64,000 nucleotides of DNA, from assembly GCA_048885925.1 (NCBI GenBank), contig JBHLLG010000004.1, positions 1-64,000 of the forward strand, read 5' to 3'. Position numbers and translations under genes: made by a program. Shown piece by piece: positions 19,369 to 29,501 of the stretch. Origin of the DNA: Candidatus Hermodarchaeota archaeon (lineage in GTDB: Archaea; Asgardarchaeota; Lokiarchaeia; Sigyniarchaeales; SOKP01). Below the pieces are notes generated by a model. That model saw only the letters and a program-made list of their open reading frames with translations, did no database searches and had not been told where the DNA came from. The first letter of the stretch is position 1; the number at the start of each line of letters is the position of its first letter.

Positions 19369-21276
19369 TTAGTATATATTAAAATCTTTAATAGAAAAGT
19401 TATTGATCTTTTTCATTATAGGGAATAGGCTTAAAAAATTAAAAGCAAGAAATATAATAAATAGAATTAAAAATAATACAAATGGGACGTATAAAGGGGG
19501 TAAAAAGGATCTATCCAATAAAAATAAAGAATTAACAATCATTCCTATTGCTAAACTAAGAAATAAAGATGGGATTAAAACAAAGAACGACTCTAAGAAG
19601 AGGATTTTCTTTAATGATCTCGTTTTTGATCCAATAGCTCGCATAATTAAAAAATCTCTTGCTTTTTCCATTATTCCGTTTTTCTGATAGTTATACAATG
19701 ATAAAATGCTAATTATAGCTAGAATAATTATCAAGAATAATGGGTATAAAGAAATAATTGATAAGAAATCCAAGTTTGCTTTAAAAATGTTATTTAAATT
19801 TAGATGTGTAAAATTTTGACCTAATTTATTCGTGATATTTGTTAGTTGAGGGGTAATCTCATTATATGCTCCATTCTTTAACTTTAACATTAAAAGATTG
19901 ATCTCTGTTGTTAAATCAAGTTCCTGTTGAATTATATTTAAGTCAATATAAGCTGCCCATCCAGAATAAAAACTATCAAATATGATACCAGATATATGAA
20001 AAGTCCTGCCAATGTTAATTAATTCTAAACTTTGATAAAGAGCATTATCAAAAAGATTATTAGCTAAACTATCTCCAATAGTTATGTTATCATAGGCATC
20101 TTCCTTGGTGAAAAAACTTCCTTCGGTCTCAAAATTTTGAATTACATTATCAGGATTAACACCTATAATAGGAATAAGCGCATCTCGATTTTGTCCAATA
20201 ACTGTATATGTACCATCCTCAGAAATATAAAGTCCTGGATTTTCTTCTACACTATAAAAATTAATTAAGCGATCATCTATTTTTTCTATTTCTTCAATAT
20301 AATTTAAGTCATTTAAGTCAGTTAGGTTGAACAAATAATCTGATTTTACAAAATTAATGTGAGTATCATCAATTAATATTGAAGAATCAGAAAACATCTT
20401 ATACATCAATGAATAGTTATAAACAACATCCTTATGGCCGATTATCACAATATTTTCATTTTGAGATTTAACAATCCATTCTTTTGAAGAAATATTTATA
20501 ACAATTACTCCCAAGCCTAATGTAAAAATTATCAATCCTATTATTGAAAAAACAATAATATATCTCTTAAATTCACCTTTTCTCCGTAATGTATTAACAA
20601 CTGCTATTTTTATATTGATGCCAATCAAGGTTAACCATTTTGGTATAAATTTAATTGGTTTAGAAGCATCATAGTTATAAGGAATATCTTTCGAGAAGGT
20701 TTTAATTATTTCCTGTCTACCAATTTTTCTTATCGTATACCCCGTAATAATAAAAATTCCTATTATACAAGCCATAAATATAATTGGGGTAAAAAACAGA
20801 TCAAATTGAAAAAATATAGAAAAATTTAAAAAATGCATGATTAAAGCAAACAAACCGAAGCTTATTAAGCCAAAAATCCATCCAAATAGAAATCCAATGA
20901 AATATAATAAATAAACTTCGTATAAATAAAAACTATATAATTTTTGGGGAAGAGTTCCTAAGGATTTCATAATAGCAATATCTTTTTTTTTAGAAATAAC
21001 AAGTGAAGTTGTAACAGTAATAACTATAACAACTGTTAGAATAACAAGTAAAATTTGAATCAATGCACTAAACTGCTTAAAAATTAAATTAATTCCACCT
21101 GAAAAAAAATATTTATTCACAAATGAAGTCTGTATAAATATATTAATACCAAAAGAGGATGTAAAGTATATTAAAAACTCTGTAAATGCAACAATTAATA
21201 TTATGATCAATAAAAATGGGTAATTTGAATGTCTCTTCCTATATAAATCTTTTAAGGCAAAATCAAATGATGTCAT
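19369..21276 (-). CDS. FtsX/MacB-like ABC transporter permease
   Basis: Two FtsX-type repeats (DIAIMKSLG; FLIMRAIG) and a large extracytoplasmic loop. Confidence 0.8.
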   Translation of the reverse strand: MTSFDFALKDLYRKRHSNYPFLLIIILIVAFTEFLIYFTSSFGINIFIQTSFVNKYFFSGGINLIFKQFSALIQILLVILTVVIVITVTTSLVISKKKDIAIMKSLGTLPQKLYSFYLYEVYLLYFIGFLFGWIFGLISFGLFALIMHFLNFSIFFQFDLFFTPIIFMACIIGIFIITGYTIRKIGRQEIIKTFSKDIPYNYDASKPIKFIPKWLTLIGINIKIAVVNTLRRKGEFKRYIIVFSIIGLIIFTLGLGVIVINISSKEWIVKSQNENIVIIGHKDVVYNYSLMYKMFSDSSILIDDTHINFVKSDYLFNLTDLNDLNYIEEIEKIDDRLINFYSVEENPGLYISEDGTYTVIGQNRDALIPIIGVNPDNVIQNFETEGSFFTKEDAYDNITIGDSLANNLFDNALYQSLELINIGRTFHISGIIFDSFYSGWAAYIDLNIIQQELDLTTEINLLMLKLKNGAYNEITPQLTNITNKLGQNFTHLNLNNIFKANLDFLSIISLYPLFLIIILAIISILSLYNYQKNGIMEKARDFLIMRAIGSKTRSLKKILFLESFFVLIPSLFLSLAIGMIVNSLFLLDRSFLPPLYVPFVLFLILFIIFLAFNFLSLFPIMKKINNFSIKDFNIY

Positions 21277-21277
21277 A

Positions 21278-22087
21278 TTAACTAATTTTTTCTAAGTTCT
21301 TAAGTTCTGTTATAATTTCTTCTTGAATTATACTTCCATTATCAAAGGAAATAATTTTATCAGCTAAGCTTATTAAATAATCATCATGAGTCACCACAAT
21401 TATTGTCCTTACTCTATTTTTTAAACTTTTAAAAAGATCTCTAATAAATTGGCTAGTTTTTTTGTCTAAATTAGCAGTTGGTTCATCGGCGATAATAATC
21501 GTGGGATCATTTGCAAGAGCTCTTGCTATCGCTACTCTTTGTTGTTCTCCTGCAGATAATTGAAAAGGTAGATGTTCCTTTCGATCACCAAGGCCCATAT
21601 CTGTTAATAACCTCTGAGCACGTTTTCTTTGCTCTTTAAACTCTAAACCTGAAAGATTCATGGGAAACATAACGTTTTCCTCAGCAGTAAGAGTACTAAT
21701 AAGATTATAATTTTGAAAAACAAATCCTGTATTTAACAATCGCCAAGTGGTTAATGATTCCGCTTTCATATCTGAGATTTTAACACCAAAACTATAAATG
21801 ATTCCACTATTAGGAGAATCTAATCCGCTCAATAAATTTAATAATGATGTTTTACCTGCTCCACTGGGTCCTTTTATAACTAAAAACTCACCACGATATA
21901 TTGTTAAAGAAACATCATCAACAGCACGTACAATAAAATCTCCAATTTCGTAATCTTTAACTAAATGTTTAGCAATTAATGCTTGGTCTCTAATCTTTTC
22001 TTCAATAATATCAGCTTTAATTGCATTTTCAAAATCTTCTTTTGAGTTTTCATTTAATTCTTTAGATGAATTTTCTTTTTCTAGCAC
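21278..22087 (-). CDS. ABC transporter ATP-binding protein (LolD/MacB type)
   Basis: GPSGAGKT, LSAGEQQRVAIARAL, ADEPTANLD, VTHD. Confidence 0.92.
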   Translation of the reverse strand: MLEKENSSKELNENSKEDFENAIKADIIEEKIRDQALIAKHLVKDYEIGDFIVRAVDDVSLTIYRGEFLVIKGPSGAGKTSLLNLLSGLDSPNSGIIYSFGVKISDMKAESLTTWRLLNTGFVFQNYNLISTLTAEENVMFPMNLSGLEFKEQRKRAQRLLTDMGLGDRKEHLPFQLSAGEQQRVAIARALANDPTIIIADEPTANLDKKTSQFIRDLFKSLKNRVRTIIVVTHDDYLISLADKIISFDNGSIIQEEIITELKNLEKIS

Positions 22088-22544
22088 ATTTTAAATAATT
22101 GTCCTTATTTTAAATTTTTAGTTTAAAATTAAATTAAGTGTATGAATATCAAAAAATTGATTTTAATATTTTAGATTATATTATCATCTTATTTGTAAGG
22201 AGGATAATATGTTTTTCTAAGGAGTTGTATTTAAGATAATTTGTCTCCAGAATTGGACTAAAAATAAGTTTAAATATTAAAGTATCATATTTATAATCTA
22301 GAGGGAAGATTGAGAAAATACAAATAATATCCCCTAATTTCCTAATTAAAATGGTAACTAAAATTTTGTGAAATCTTTGACTTTAAGATTTTACTTTTTT
22401 CTCATTCTCCCTCCTCTCATTTTTGAGTTTTAAATCCTATTAAATTCAAATTTCTTTTTTTTCTATTAAAATAAGATTTATAGGATAACTTTAATTTTAC
22501 CTTAATAACACTTTACATACATATGGAAAAAGAAGTAGATACTT

Positions 22545-23180
22545 ATGGATTTTGAAAAACTAACTGAGTTAGTTATTGAATTAGAAGTAGATGATATTGC
22601 AGATGCGGTAAAAGAAGCTCTGGATGAAGGAAAAGATGCTTTTGATATAATGAACTCTTTAACAAAAGGTATGGACGAGGTTGGACGTCGATACGAAGAG
22701 AAGGAATATTATTTAACAGAACTTGTCTTAGCTGGGGAAACAATGAAAGAAGCATTTAACATTTTAAGACCCGCTTTAGCAGCTGCAGATAAAACGGAAG
22801 ATAAGGTAAAAATAATTCTGGGCACCGTAAAAGGGGATAGTCATGATATTGGAAAGAACATATTAGGTTCTTTGCTCTTAAGTTCTGGTTTTGAACTTTA
22901 TGACTTAGGAATGGATGTAGATGAGAATACAATAATAGAAAAAGTAAAGGAGACAGGAGCAACAATAGTTGCATTAAGTTCATTACTTACTATGACAGTA
23001 GAGCAAATAAAAGTTGTTCACGAAGCTTTAAAAGCTGCGGGAATTCGTGAAAAAGTAAAACTGATAGTAGGAGGAGCTCCCTTAAATATGGAACTGGCAA
23101 AAAAGCTTGGAGCTGATGATTTTGCCGATGATGCGGTTGATGGTGTGAGGCATATAAAAAAATTAGCAGGCATAGAATAA
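22545..23180 (+). CDS. methyltransferase cognate corrinoid protein (MtaC/MttC-like)
   Basis: B12 cap domain, GDSHDIGKN (DxHxxG), SSLLT, VGGAP. Confidence 0.9.
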   Translation: MDFEKLTELVIELEVDDIADAVKEALDEGKDAFDIMNSLTKGMDEVGRRYEEKEYYLTELVLAGETMKEAFNILRPALAAADKTEDKVKIILGTVKGDSHDIGKNILGSLLLSSGFELYDLGMDVDENTIIEKVKETGATIVALSSLLTMTVEQIKVVHEALKAAGIREKVKLIVGGAPLNMELAKKLGADDFADDAVDGVRHIKKLAGIE

Positions 23181-23406
23181 TTGATATAAATTCTAAACGT
23201 ATAATTTTTATCCAATTTTCAAATTTATTTTGCCTAATTTGCTTTTATTTATAAATTATAATCGTCTTTTTCTATGTATTTTATAGATATTTCTTACTTG
23301 AGAATAATGTTCATTAAATTATAATAAAAACATTTATACTCTTTTTAAATTGTTTATATCTTAAGAATTGAAATAATAAAAGAATCCTTTTTAGGAGGTT
23401 TTTAAT

Positions 23407-23661
23407 TTGAATAATGACCAATGTGAAGGTATTGAAATTGAAGAGACTCTAGACACCAGAGGTCTTTATTGTCCCGAACCCTTGTTTGAAGTAAGAAATT
23501 TAAGTGAAACTTTAAATGTAGGACAGTGTTTTAAGGTTATTGCTGATGATCCCGCAGCAGAAGAAGATCTTAAAAGATGGGCTAAAAGAACGGATACTAA
23601 GGTTGTGGAATTTAGTAAAGATGGTGATGATTTAATATTTATATTTAAGAAAATGAAATGA
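23407..23661 (+). CDS. tusA: sulfur carrier TusA/SirA family
   Basis: LDTRGLYCPEP, ADDPAA motifs; GGAGG upstream of TTG. Confidence 0.9.
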   Translation: MNNDQCEGIEIEETLDTRGLYCPEPLFEVRNLSETLNVGQCFKVIADDPAAEEDLKRWAKRTDTKVVEFSKDGDDLIFIFKKMK

Positions 23662-23679
23662 AAGAAGAGGTAAAAATAT

Positions 23680-24870
23680 TTGAGTGTTTATTTAGATTAC
23701 CAAGCAGCTAAACCTGTAGATAACCGAGTATTTGAAGCTATGAAACCTTATTTTGGTACACAATTTGGTAATCCATCTTCATTACATAATTATGGTTATA
23801 TCGCTACTAATGTTTTAGAAGAGTCTAGGCTTAAAATTGCTGATTTTATAAATGCTCCTAACGCTGAAGACATCATTTTTACTGCTGGTGCAACAGAATC
23901 AAATAATTTAGGAATTATCGGCGCCGCATTACGTAATAAAAAAAAAGGTAATCATATTATTATATCAGAAATTGAACATATATCAATATTAAATATAGGT
24001 AAATATTTAGAAAAAGAAGGATTTAGAGTAAGTCGAGTTCCTGTAGATCGATTTGGTATTATTAATCTCGACAAATTAGAACGCTTAATAACTGGTGAGA
24101 CTATTTTAATTTCGATTTCTACTGCAAGTAATGAAATTGGCTCACTTCAACCTGTAAAAGAAATTGCGGAACTTGCTCAAAAGAAAAAAGTCTGGTTTCA
24201 TTCCGACGCCGTAGCTAGTGAAAGTACAATACCTATTGATGTACAAGAGGTTCCTTTTGATTTACTAACTTTATCTTCAAATGATATTTACGGACCACGT
24301 GGTATTGGAGCTTTATATCTTAAGAAAGGGGTAAGAGTTAATCCAATTATTATTGGGGGTGGTCAGGAAAAGGGAATGAGGTCTGGATCTGAAAACATGC
24401 CTGGTATAGTAGGTTTTGCCAAAGCGGCTGAAATAATGAAAGCAGAAATAATTGAAGAAGCTGCAAAATTAAAATTTTTAAGGGATAGATTAATTAGGGA
24501 AACTTTAAAGATACCTAAGTCGCATCTGAATGGGCATCCTGAGAAAAGAACCCCTGATAATGCTAATTTTCGATTTGATTATATTGAAGGTGAATCATTG
24601 CTTTTATCATTGAAAGATGAAAAAGTGGAAGTGGCAACAGGTTCTGCTTGCTCGTCTAAGACCTTAGAACCTTCTCATACGCTCATTTCATGTGGATTAT
24701 TACATGAAGAGGCACATGGGAGTTTATTATTAACCTTAGGAAGATTTACTGCGGAAAAGGATATTGATAAAATTTTAGAAGTATTACCTAGAATAGTAAG
24801 AAGATTGAGAATTTTATCGCCACTCACACCTTCAGATTTGTTAAAACAACTTAAAGAGGAGGAAAACTAA
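23680..24870 (+). CDS. iscS: IscS/NifS-like protein with Asp at the PLP-Lys position
   Basis: VYLDY, GNPSSLH, GATESNN, EH, RSGSEN, GSAC loop Cys; SSNDIYGPRG replaces SxHKxYGPKG. Confidence 0.9.
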   Translation: MSVYLDYQAAKPVDNRVFEAMKPYFGTQFGNPSSLHNYGYIATNVLEESRLKIADFINAPNAEDIIFTAGATESNNLGIIGAALRNKKKGNHIIISEIEHISILNIGKYLEKEGFRVSRVPVDRFGIINLDKLERLITGETILISISTASNEIGSLQPVKEIAELAQKKKVWFHSDAVASESTIPIDVQEVPFDLLTLSSNDIYGPRGIGALYLKKGVRVNPIIIGGGQEKGMRSGSENMPGIVGFAKAAEIMKAEIIEEAAKLKFLRDRLIRETLKIPKSHLNGHPEKRTPDNANFRFDYIEGESLLLSLKDEKVEVATGSACSSKTLEPSHTLISCGLLHEEAHGSLLLTLGRFTAEKDIDKILEVLPRIVRRLRILSPLTPSDLLKQLKEEEN

Positions 24871-25674
24871 ATGAGTGTACATAAATATACCGAAAAGGTA
24901 ATGGAACATTTTAGGAACCCCAGGAATATGGGAGAAATTGAAAATGCTGACGGTTTTGGTAAGGTAGGAAATCCTGTATGTGGAGATTTAATGTTTATGT
25001 ATATCAAAGTTGCCAAGAATGACAAAAATGAGGAGATTATTGAAGATATAAAATTTAAAACCTTTGGTTGTGGTTCTGCTGTGGCAACTTCTTCAATGAT
25101 AACTGAAATGGCTAAAGGTTTAACATTAGATGAAGCTTACAAGATAACAAGACAAGATGTAGCTGATGAATTAGAAGGACTTCCACCAATTAAAATGCAT
25201 TGTTCAAATCTTGCAGCAGATGCTTTAAAGGCAGCAATTGATAACTATAGAACTGGTGCTGAACCAGAAGTTGAAGTTCCAACGTCATGTCAACTAGAAA
25301 TCAGTGTTATACTTGGTTTTGAGGATTTTCTTGGAAAAGGAGCTTATAAAGAAATCCCAAAGAATTTAGAGGGACTAAGAGATAAGAGAGTTTTAATTGT
25401 AGATTCTGGTGATAATTCTTTAGAGCTTGCATTAAAATTAACAGAATATACAGGCCGTGTAATTATTGTGACATCATCAAAAGAACTACCTGGAAGAGAA
25501 GAGATCGCTAAAAGTTTAAAGAAGTCAGATGTTAAGATTTTACAACAATCTGAGTTAATAGAAATCAAAGGAGAACTTGGTGAAGTAGAAAAAGTAGTGA
25601 TACATGATTACGATGAAGATGAGAATTATGAATTATTTGTGGATGTTGTTATATATTTAGATTATAGAGGATAG
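24871..25674 (+). CDS. iscU: IscU/NifU-N Fe-S scaffold fused to a C-terminal TrxB-like Rossmann subdomain
   Basis: HFRNPRN, NPVCGD, FGCGSA, LPPIKMHCS; extra C-terminal ~130 aa with KRVLIVDSGDNSLELAL. Confidence 0.9.
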   Translation: MSVHKYTEKVMEHFRNPRNMGEIENADGFGKVGNPVCGDLMFMYIKVAKNDKNEEIIEDIKFKTFGCGSAVATSSMITEMAKGLTLDEAYKITRQDVADELEGLPPIKMHCSNLAADALKAAIDNYRTGAEPEVEVPTSCQLEISVILGFEDFLGKGAYKEIPKNLEGLRDKRVLIVDSGDNSLELALKLTEYTGRVIIVTSSKELPGREEIAKSLKKSDVKILQQSELIEIKGELGEVEKVVIHDYDEDENYELFVDVVIYLDYRG

Positions 25675-25794
25675 ATTTTTTTAGAATATTTTACTTATTT
25701 TTTTAATTTTATTATATTAATAGAGATAGATCTATTAGTAGTATCGAATAGTATTCATAACCAATAAAAATCATAATAAATTTTTTAGTTACTT

Positions 25795-28155
25795 ATGACA
25801 AGAATCGTAATTATAGGAGGTGTTGCTGGAGGAGCCTCAACAGCAGCACGATTAAGAAGATTAAGAGAAGATTTTGAGATTATAATGCTGGATAAAGGAC
25901 AATATGTTTCGTTTGCTAACTGCGGACTTCCATATTATGTAGGTAATGTCATAAAAGAAAGAGAATCACTTGAATTAGTTACTCCTCGTAGATTCAAAAG
26001 CTGGTTTAATATTGATGTAAGAGTTAATAATGAGGTAGTTTCAATTGATACTAAAAATAAAAAAGTCCTTGTAAGAGATTTATCTAAAATTGAAGATTAT
26101 AATCTTGACTATGATTTTCTTGTATTAGCCACGGGATCTAATCCTATTGTACCTAATTTTCCTGGTCTTGAGAATGTTCCTTACCATACAATCTGGACTA
26201 TTCCTGATGCACTTAAAATAAGAAGTTTTGTTGATAATTATCAAATAAAAAAAGCGGTGATTGTTGGCGGAGGATTTATAGGCCTTGAAATGGCAGAAAA
26301 TTTGGTTAAAAAAGGTGTCAAAGTTAAAATTGTGGAAATGTTAGATCAAGTAATGCCTCCTTTAGATAAGGAAATGGCGCAATTTATACATCAAGAATTA
26401 ATTTTAAACGGAGTTTGTCTGATACTTGAAGATCCAGTAGAATCTTTTGATAAAACTAGAGAAGGGAAACCAATTGTAAAAACTAAAAGTAAGCGTGAAA
26501 TTGAAACAGATTTAGTGGTTTTATCTATTGGGATAAGACCTGTGAACAGTTTAGCTAAGGAATCTGGTTTAGAATTAAGCCCTAAAGGATATATAAAAGT
26601 AAATGAATTTATGCAAACATCAGATCCCAATATATATGCTGTTGGAGATGTAATTCAAATTAATCATTTTCAAACAAAAAAGCCTATTGCAATTGCTTTA
26701 GCGGGACCTGCAAATAAGCAAGGAAGAATTGCTGCAGACAATATAACTGGGAGAAAAATTAAATATAAAGGCATCATAGGGGTATCAGTTGTAAAAGTAT
26801 TTGATGCTACCGTTGCTACTGCGGGATTAACAGAGAAACAATTAAAAGAAACAGATTTTAAGTATGAAAAAATATATGTTCATCCAAATAATCATGCTGG
26901 CTACTACCCGGGAGCAACACCAATCACTTTAAAGTTGTTATTTGAAGTGCCAAGTGGTATCGTTCTAGGTGTACAAGCTGTAGGGGGTCCTGGAACAGAG
27001 AAAAGAATTGATGTGATAGCTACAGTTATAAAATTTGGGGGAACCGTCTTTGATTTAGAAGAATTAGAATTAGCCTATGCCCCACCTTTTAATTCAGCTA
27101 AAGATCCGGTAAATATGGCAGGATTTGTTGCTTCTAATTTTTTAAGGGGCGATATGCCTATATGGCAGTGGCAGGATATTGAAATGCTAAAACAAAAAGA
27201 TAATATCCTCTTAGATGTCAGAACAAAAAAAGAATATGAAGCTAGAAATATCCATGGTTCAATAAATATACCCATTCACGAATTACGTCAAAAAATTCAC
27301 GAATTATCAAAAGATAAACCAATTTTTACATATTGTGAAGTGGGCTATAGGAGTTATTTAGCATCACGCGTTTTAATGCAAACTGGTTTTGAGAATGTTC
27401 ATAGCCTTACGGGAGGATATAAAATTTTCGAGATGGCCAATGCTAAAACAGAAGATATCGTAGCTGCATGTGGTAGTTCAGAATCTATTGTAGAAGAATA
27501 TGTAAAACAAAAATCTACTGAAAATGATGAATTTGTTACAGTTGATTGCAGTGGATTAGCTTGTCCAGGACCATTGAATGCAATGATCAAATCACTTGAA
27601 ACTTTGCCTGAAAATAAAAAATTAAAAGTTTACGCTACTGACCCAGGATTTAAATCTAGTGTTGAAGCATACTCAAAACTAAACGAAGCTGTCAAATTGT
27701 TATATATAGGAAAAGAAGAAGGAAAGTTAATCGCAACTATCGAAAAAGTTCAGCCTCCTATAGAAGTTATATCTCCTTTAAAACCTAAAACACGAAGAGA
27801 ATTACGAGCTCCCGGTGCTTTTCCAATTTCAGATATTAGTGCGGAAGAACTATATGAACGTCTTGAAACGGAGGATGAACCACCACTCCTAATTGATGTT
27901 CGAACACCTCAAGAATATTCACAAGGGCATATAAAGAATACCAAACTACTTCCTTTGGGTGAATTATTAAATAATACTGATGTCATAGCTAATTACATAG
28001 ACAAAGAGATCATTGCTATTTGCCATTCCGGTTCACGTTCTATGATGGCCGCTCAAATTTTAGCACAATCAGGTTTTAAAGATATCAGAAACTTAACGGG
28101 TGGAATGACACTTTGGAACAAGAGAGGCCTACCAATAAAAATGGGTAAAAATTAA
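25795..28155 (+). CDS. CoA-disulfide/persulfide reductase with rhodanese-TusA-rhodanese extensions
   Basis: GGVAGG, SFANCGLPY, GGGFIGLE, YAPPF; rhodanese (YCEVGYRS), TusA (GLACPGP), rhodanese (ICHSGSRS). Confidence 0.9.
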   Translation: MTRIVIIGGVAGGASTAARLRRLREDFEIIMLDKGQYVSFANCGLPYYVGNVIKERESLELVTPRRFKSWFNIDVRVNNEVVSIDTKNKKVLVRDLSKIEDYNLDYDFLVLATGSNPIVPNFPGLENVPYHTIWTIPDALKIRSFVDNYQIKKAVIVGGGFIGLEMAENLVKKGVKVKIVEMLDQVMPPLDKEMAQFIHQELILNGVCLILEDPVESFDKTREGKPIVKTKSKREIETDLVVLSIGIRPVNSLAKESGLELSPKGYIKVNEFMQTSDPNIYAVGDVIQINHFQTKKPIAIALAGPANKQGRIAADNITGRKIKYKGIIGVSVVKVFDATVATAGLTEKQLKETDFKYEKIYVHPNNHAGYYPGATPITLKLLFEVPSGIVLGVQAVGGPGTEKRIDVIATVIKFGGTVFDLEELELAYAPPFNSAKDPVNMAGFVASNFLRGDMPIWQWQDIEMLKQKDNILLDVRTKKEYEARNIHGSINIPIHELRQKIHELSKDKPIFTYCEVGYRSYLASRVLMQTGFENVHSLTGGYKIFEMANAKTEDIVAACGSSESIVEEYVKQKSTENDEFVTVDCSGLACPGPLNAMIKSLETLPENKKLKVYATDPGFKSSVEAYSKLNEAVKLLYIGKEEGKLIATIEKVQPPIEVISPLKPKTRRELRAPGAFPISDISAEELYERLETEDEPPLLIDVRTPQEYSQGHIKNTKLLPLGELLNNTDVIANYIDKEIIAICHSGSRSMMAAQILAQSGFKDIRNLTGGMTLWNKRGLPIKMGKN

Positions 28156-28302
28156 TTTTTTTTTTTATTTAATTAATTTTTCATTTTGACATATTCTATT
28201 TATCTTAATTGCTTCTTTAAATTATAAGTATAAAAGTTATAAGAAAGGCGAAATGTTATAAATCCAAATATATTCATATATAACGAATTTCCAATTTATA
28301 AA

Positions 28303-28911
28303 ATGGAGGTTAAAAAAAATATGAAAGAAACCGCTAAAAAATTATTTACTGCTTATGTTGGTGAATCACAAGCACGCAACAGGTATACATTCTTTTCAAG
28401 CATAGCCAAAAAAGAAGGTTATGTATTAATTTCTAATGTATTTCAAGAAACCGCAGATCAAGAAAGAGAACATGGTTCACATTTTTATAAGATGCTCCAA
28501 GGGTTCAAAAAAGAAGAGAAATTCGATGAAATGAAAGTTCTCCCTGATGCACAATTTCCAACAACACATGGTACGACTATTGAAAATTTAAAATCAGCTA
28601 TAGCGGGAGAAAATATGGAATGGCAAACACTTTATCCCGATATTGCTAAAACCGCTGAAAAAGAAGGGTATCCCGACATCGCTAAAAGAGTAAATGCGAT
28701 TATAAAAGCCGAAAAACATCATTCGGAGCGATATGGAAAGCTCTTAAAGTTAGTTGGTGATGATGTTTTCTTTAAGCGAGGAGAAAAAATCGTGTGGGTA
28801 TGTATGGAGTGCGGTTATGAAGTAGAAATGAAGGAATTACCAGCTAATTTTGTCTGCCCATCATGCGACCATCCAAGAGCATACTATAGAAAGAAATGTG
28901 AGGATTTTTAA
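28303..28911 (+). CDS. rbr: rubrerythrin
   Basis: GESQARNRY, EREH, E, EKHH diiron ligands; C-terminal CMEC...CPSC. Confidence 0.95.
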   Translation: MEVKKNMKETAKKLFTAYVGESQARNRYTFFSSIAKKEGYVLISNVFQETADQEREHGSHFYKMLQGFKKEEKFDEMKVLPDAQFPTTHGTTIENLKSAIAGENMEWQTLYPDIAKTAEKEGYPDIAKRVNAIIKAEKHHSERYGKLLKLVGDDVFFKRGEKIVWVCMECGYEVEMKELPANFVCPSCDHPRAYYRKKCEDF

Positions 28912-29002
28912 AAAACCAATTAAATTTTTAATTTAAAACCAATAGGATTAAATATTAAATTAAAGGATTTAAAAACAAAAAAAATTTTGAAGTGAAAGTA
29001 TC

Positions 29003-29395
29003 ATGAAACAGAAAGAGATCTATAAATGTAATGTATGTGGAAAAGTTATAGAAATTCTTAATCCAACAGCTGAAGAAACAATGTGTCATGATAAAGCTAT
29101 GCAGTTAATGACACCACAATGGAAAGAATGGAAAACTGAGAAACACGTACCTAAAATTACAATTGAAGGCAATAAAGTTACAGTTGATGTTGGAATTTCA
29201 ATGGGCACTCCACATCCTATGACAAATGAACATTGGATAATGTGGATTGAGATTATATGCAAAGATGGATGCTATGAAAGACGATTTTTAAAGCCTGGAG
29301 ATGAACCGAAAGCAACTTTTACTTTAGCTAAACCTGAAGGTCTTATTGCTAGAGAATATTGCAATTTACATGGATTATGGATTTCTCAGAAATAA
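29003..29395 (+). CDS. dfx: desulfoferrodoxin / superoxide reductase
   Basis: YKCNVCG N-terminal domain, EKHVP, HPM, HWI, CNLHGLW. Confidence 0.92.
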   Translation: MKQKEIYKCNVCGKVIEILNPTAEETMCHDKAMQLMTPQWKEWKTEKHVPKITIEGNKVTVDVGISMGTPHPMTNEHWIMWIEIICKDGCYERRFLKPGDEPKATFTLAKPEGLIAREYCNLHGLWISQK

Positions 29396-29501
29396 AAATA
29401 AATTTTTTTTATTTTTTTTTTATTATATCAATTAAATGTAATTAAACCTGTATACGTATTAAATTAATAAAAAATGCATCAGAATTTATCAGATTAATCA
29501 A

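Noticed and set aside
22200-22545. Cobalamin riboswitch upstream of the corrinoid protein gene
   Set aside because: No B12-box or other consensus elements are recognisable; only a terminal stem was seen, reported separately.
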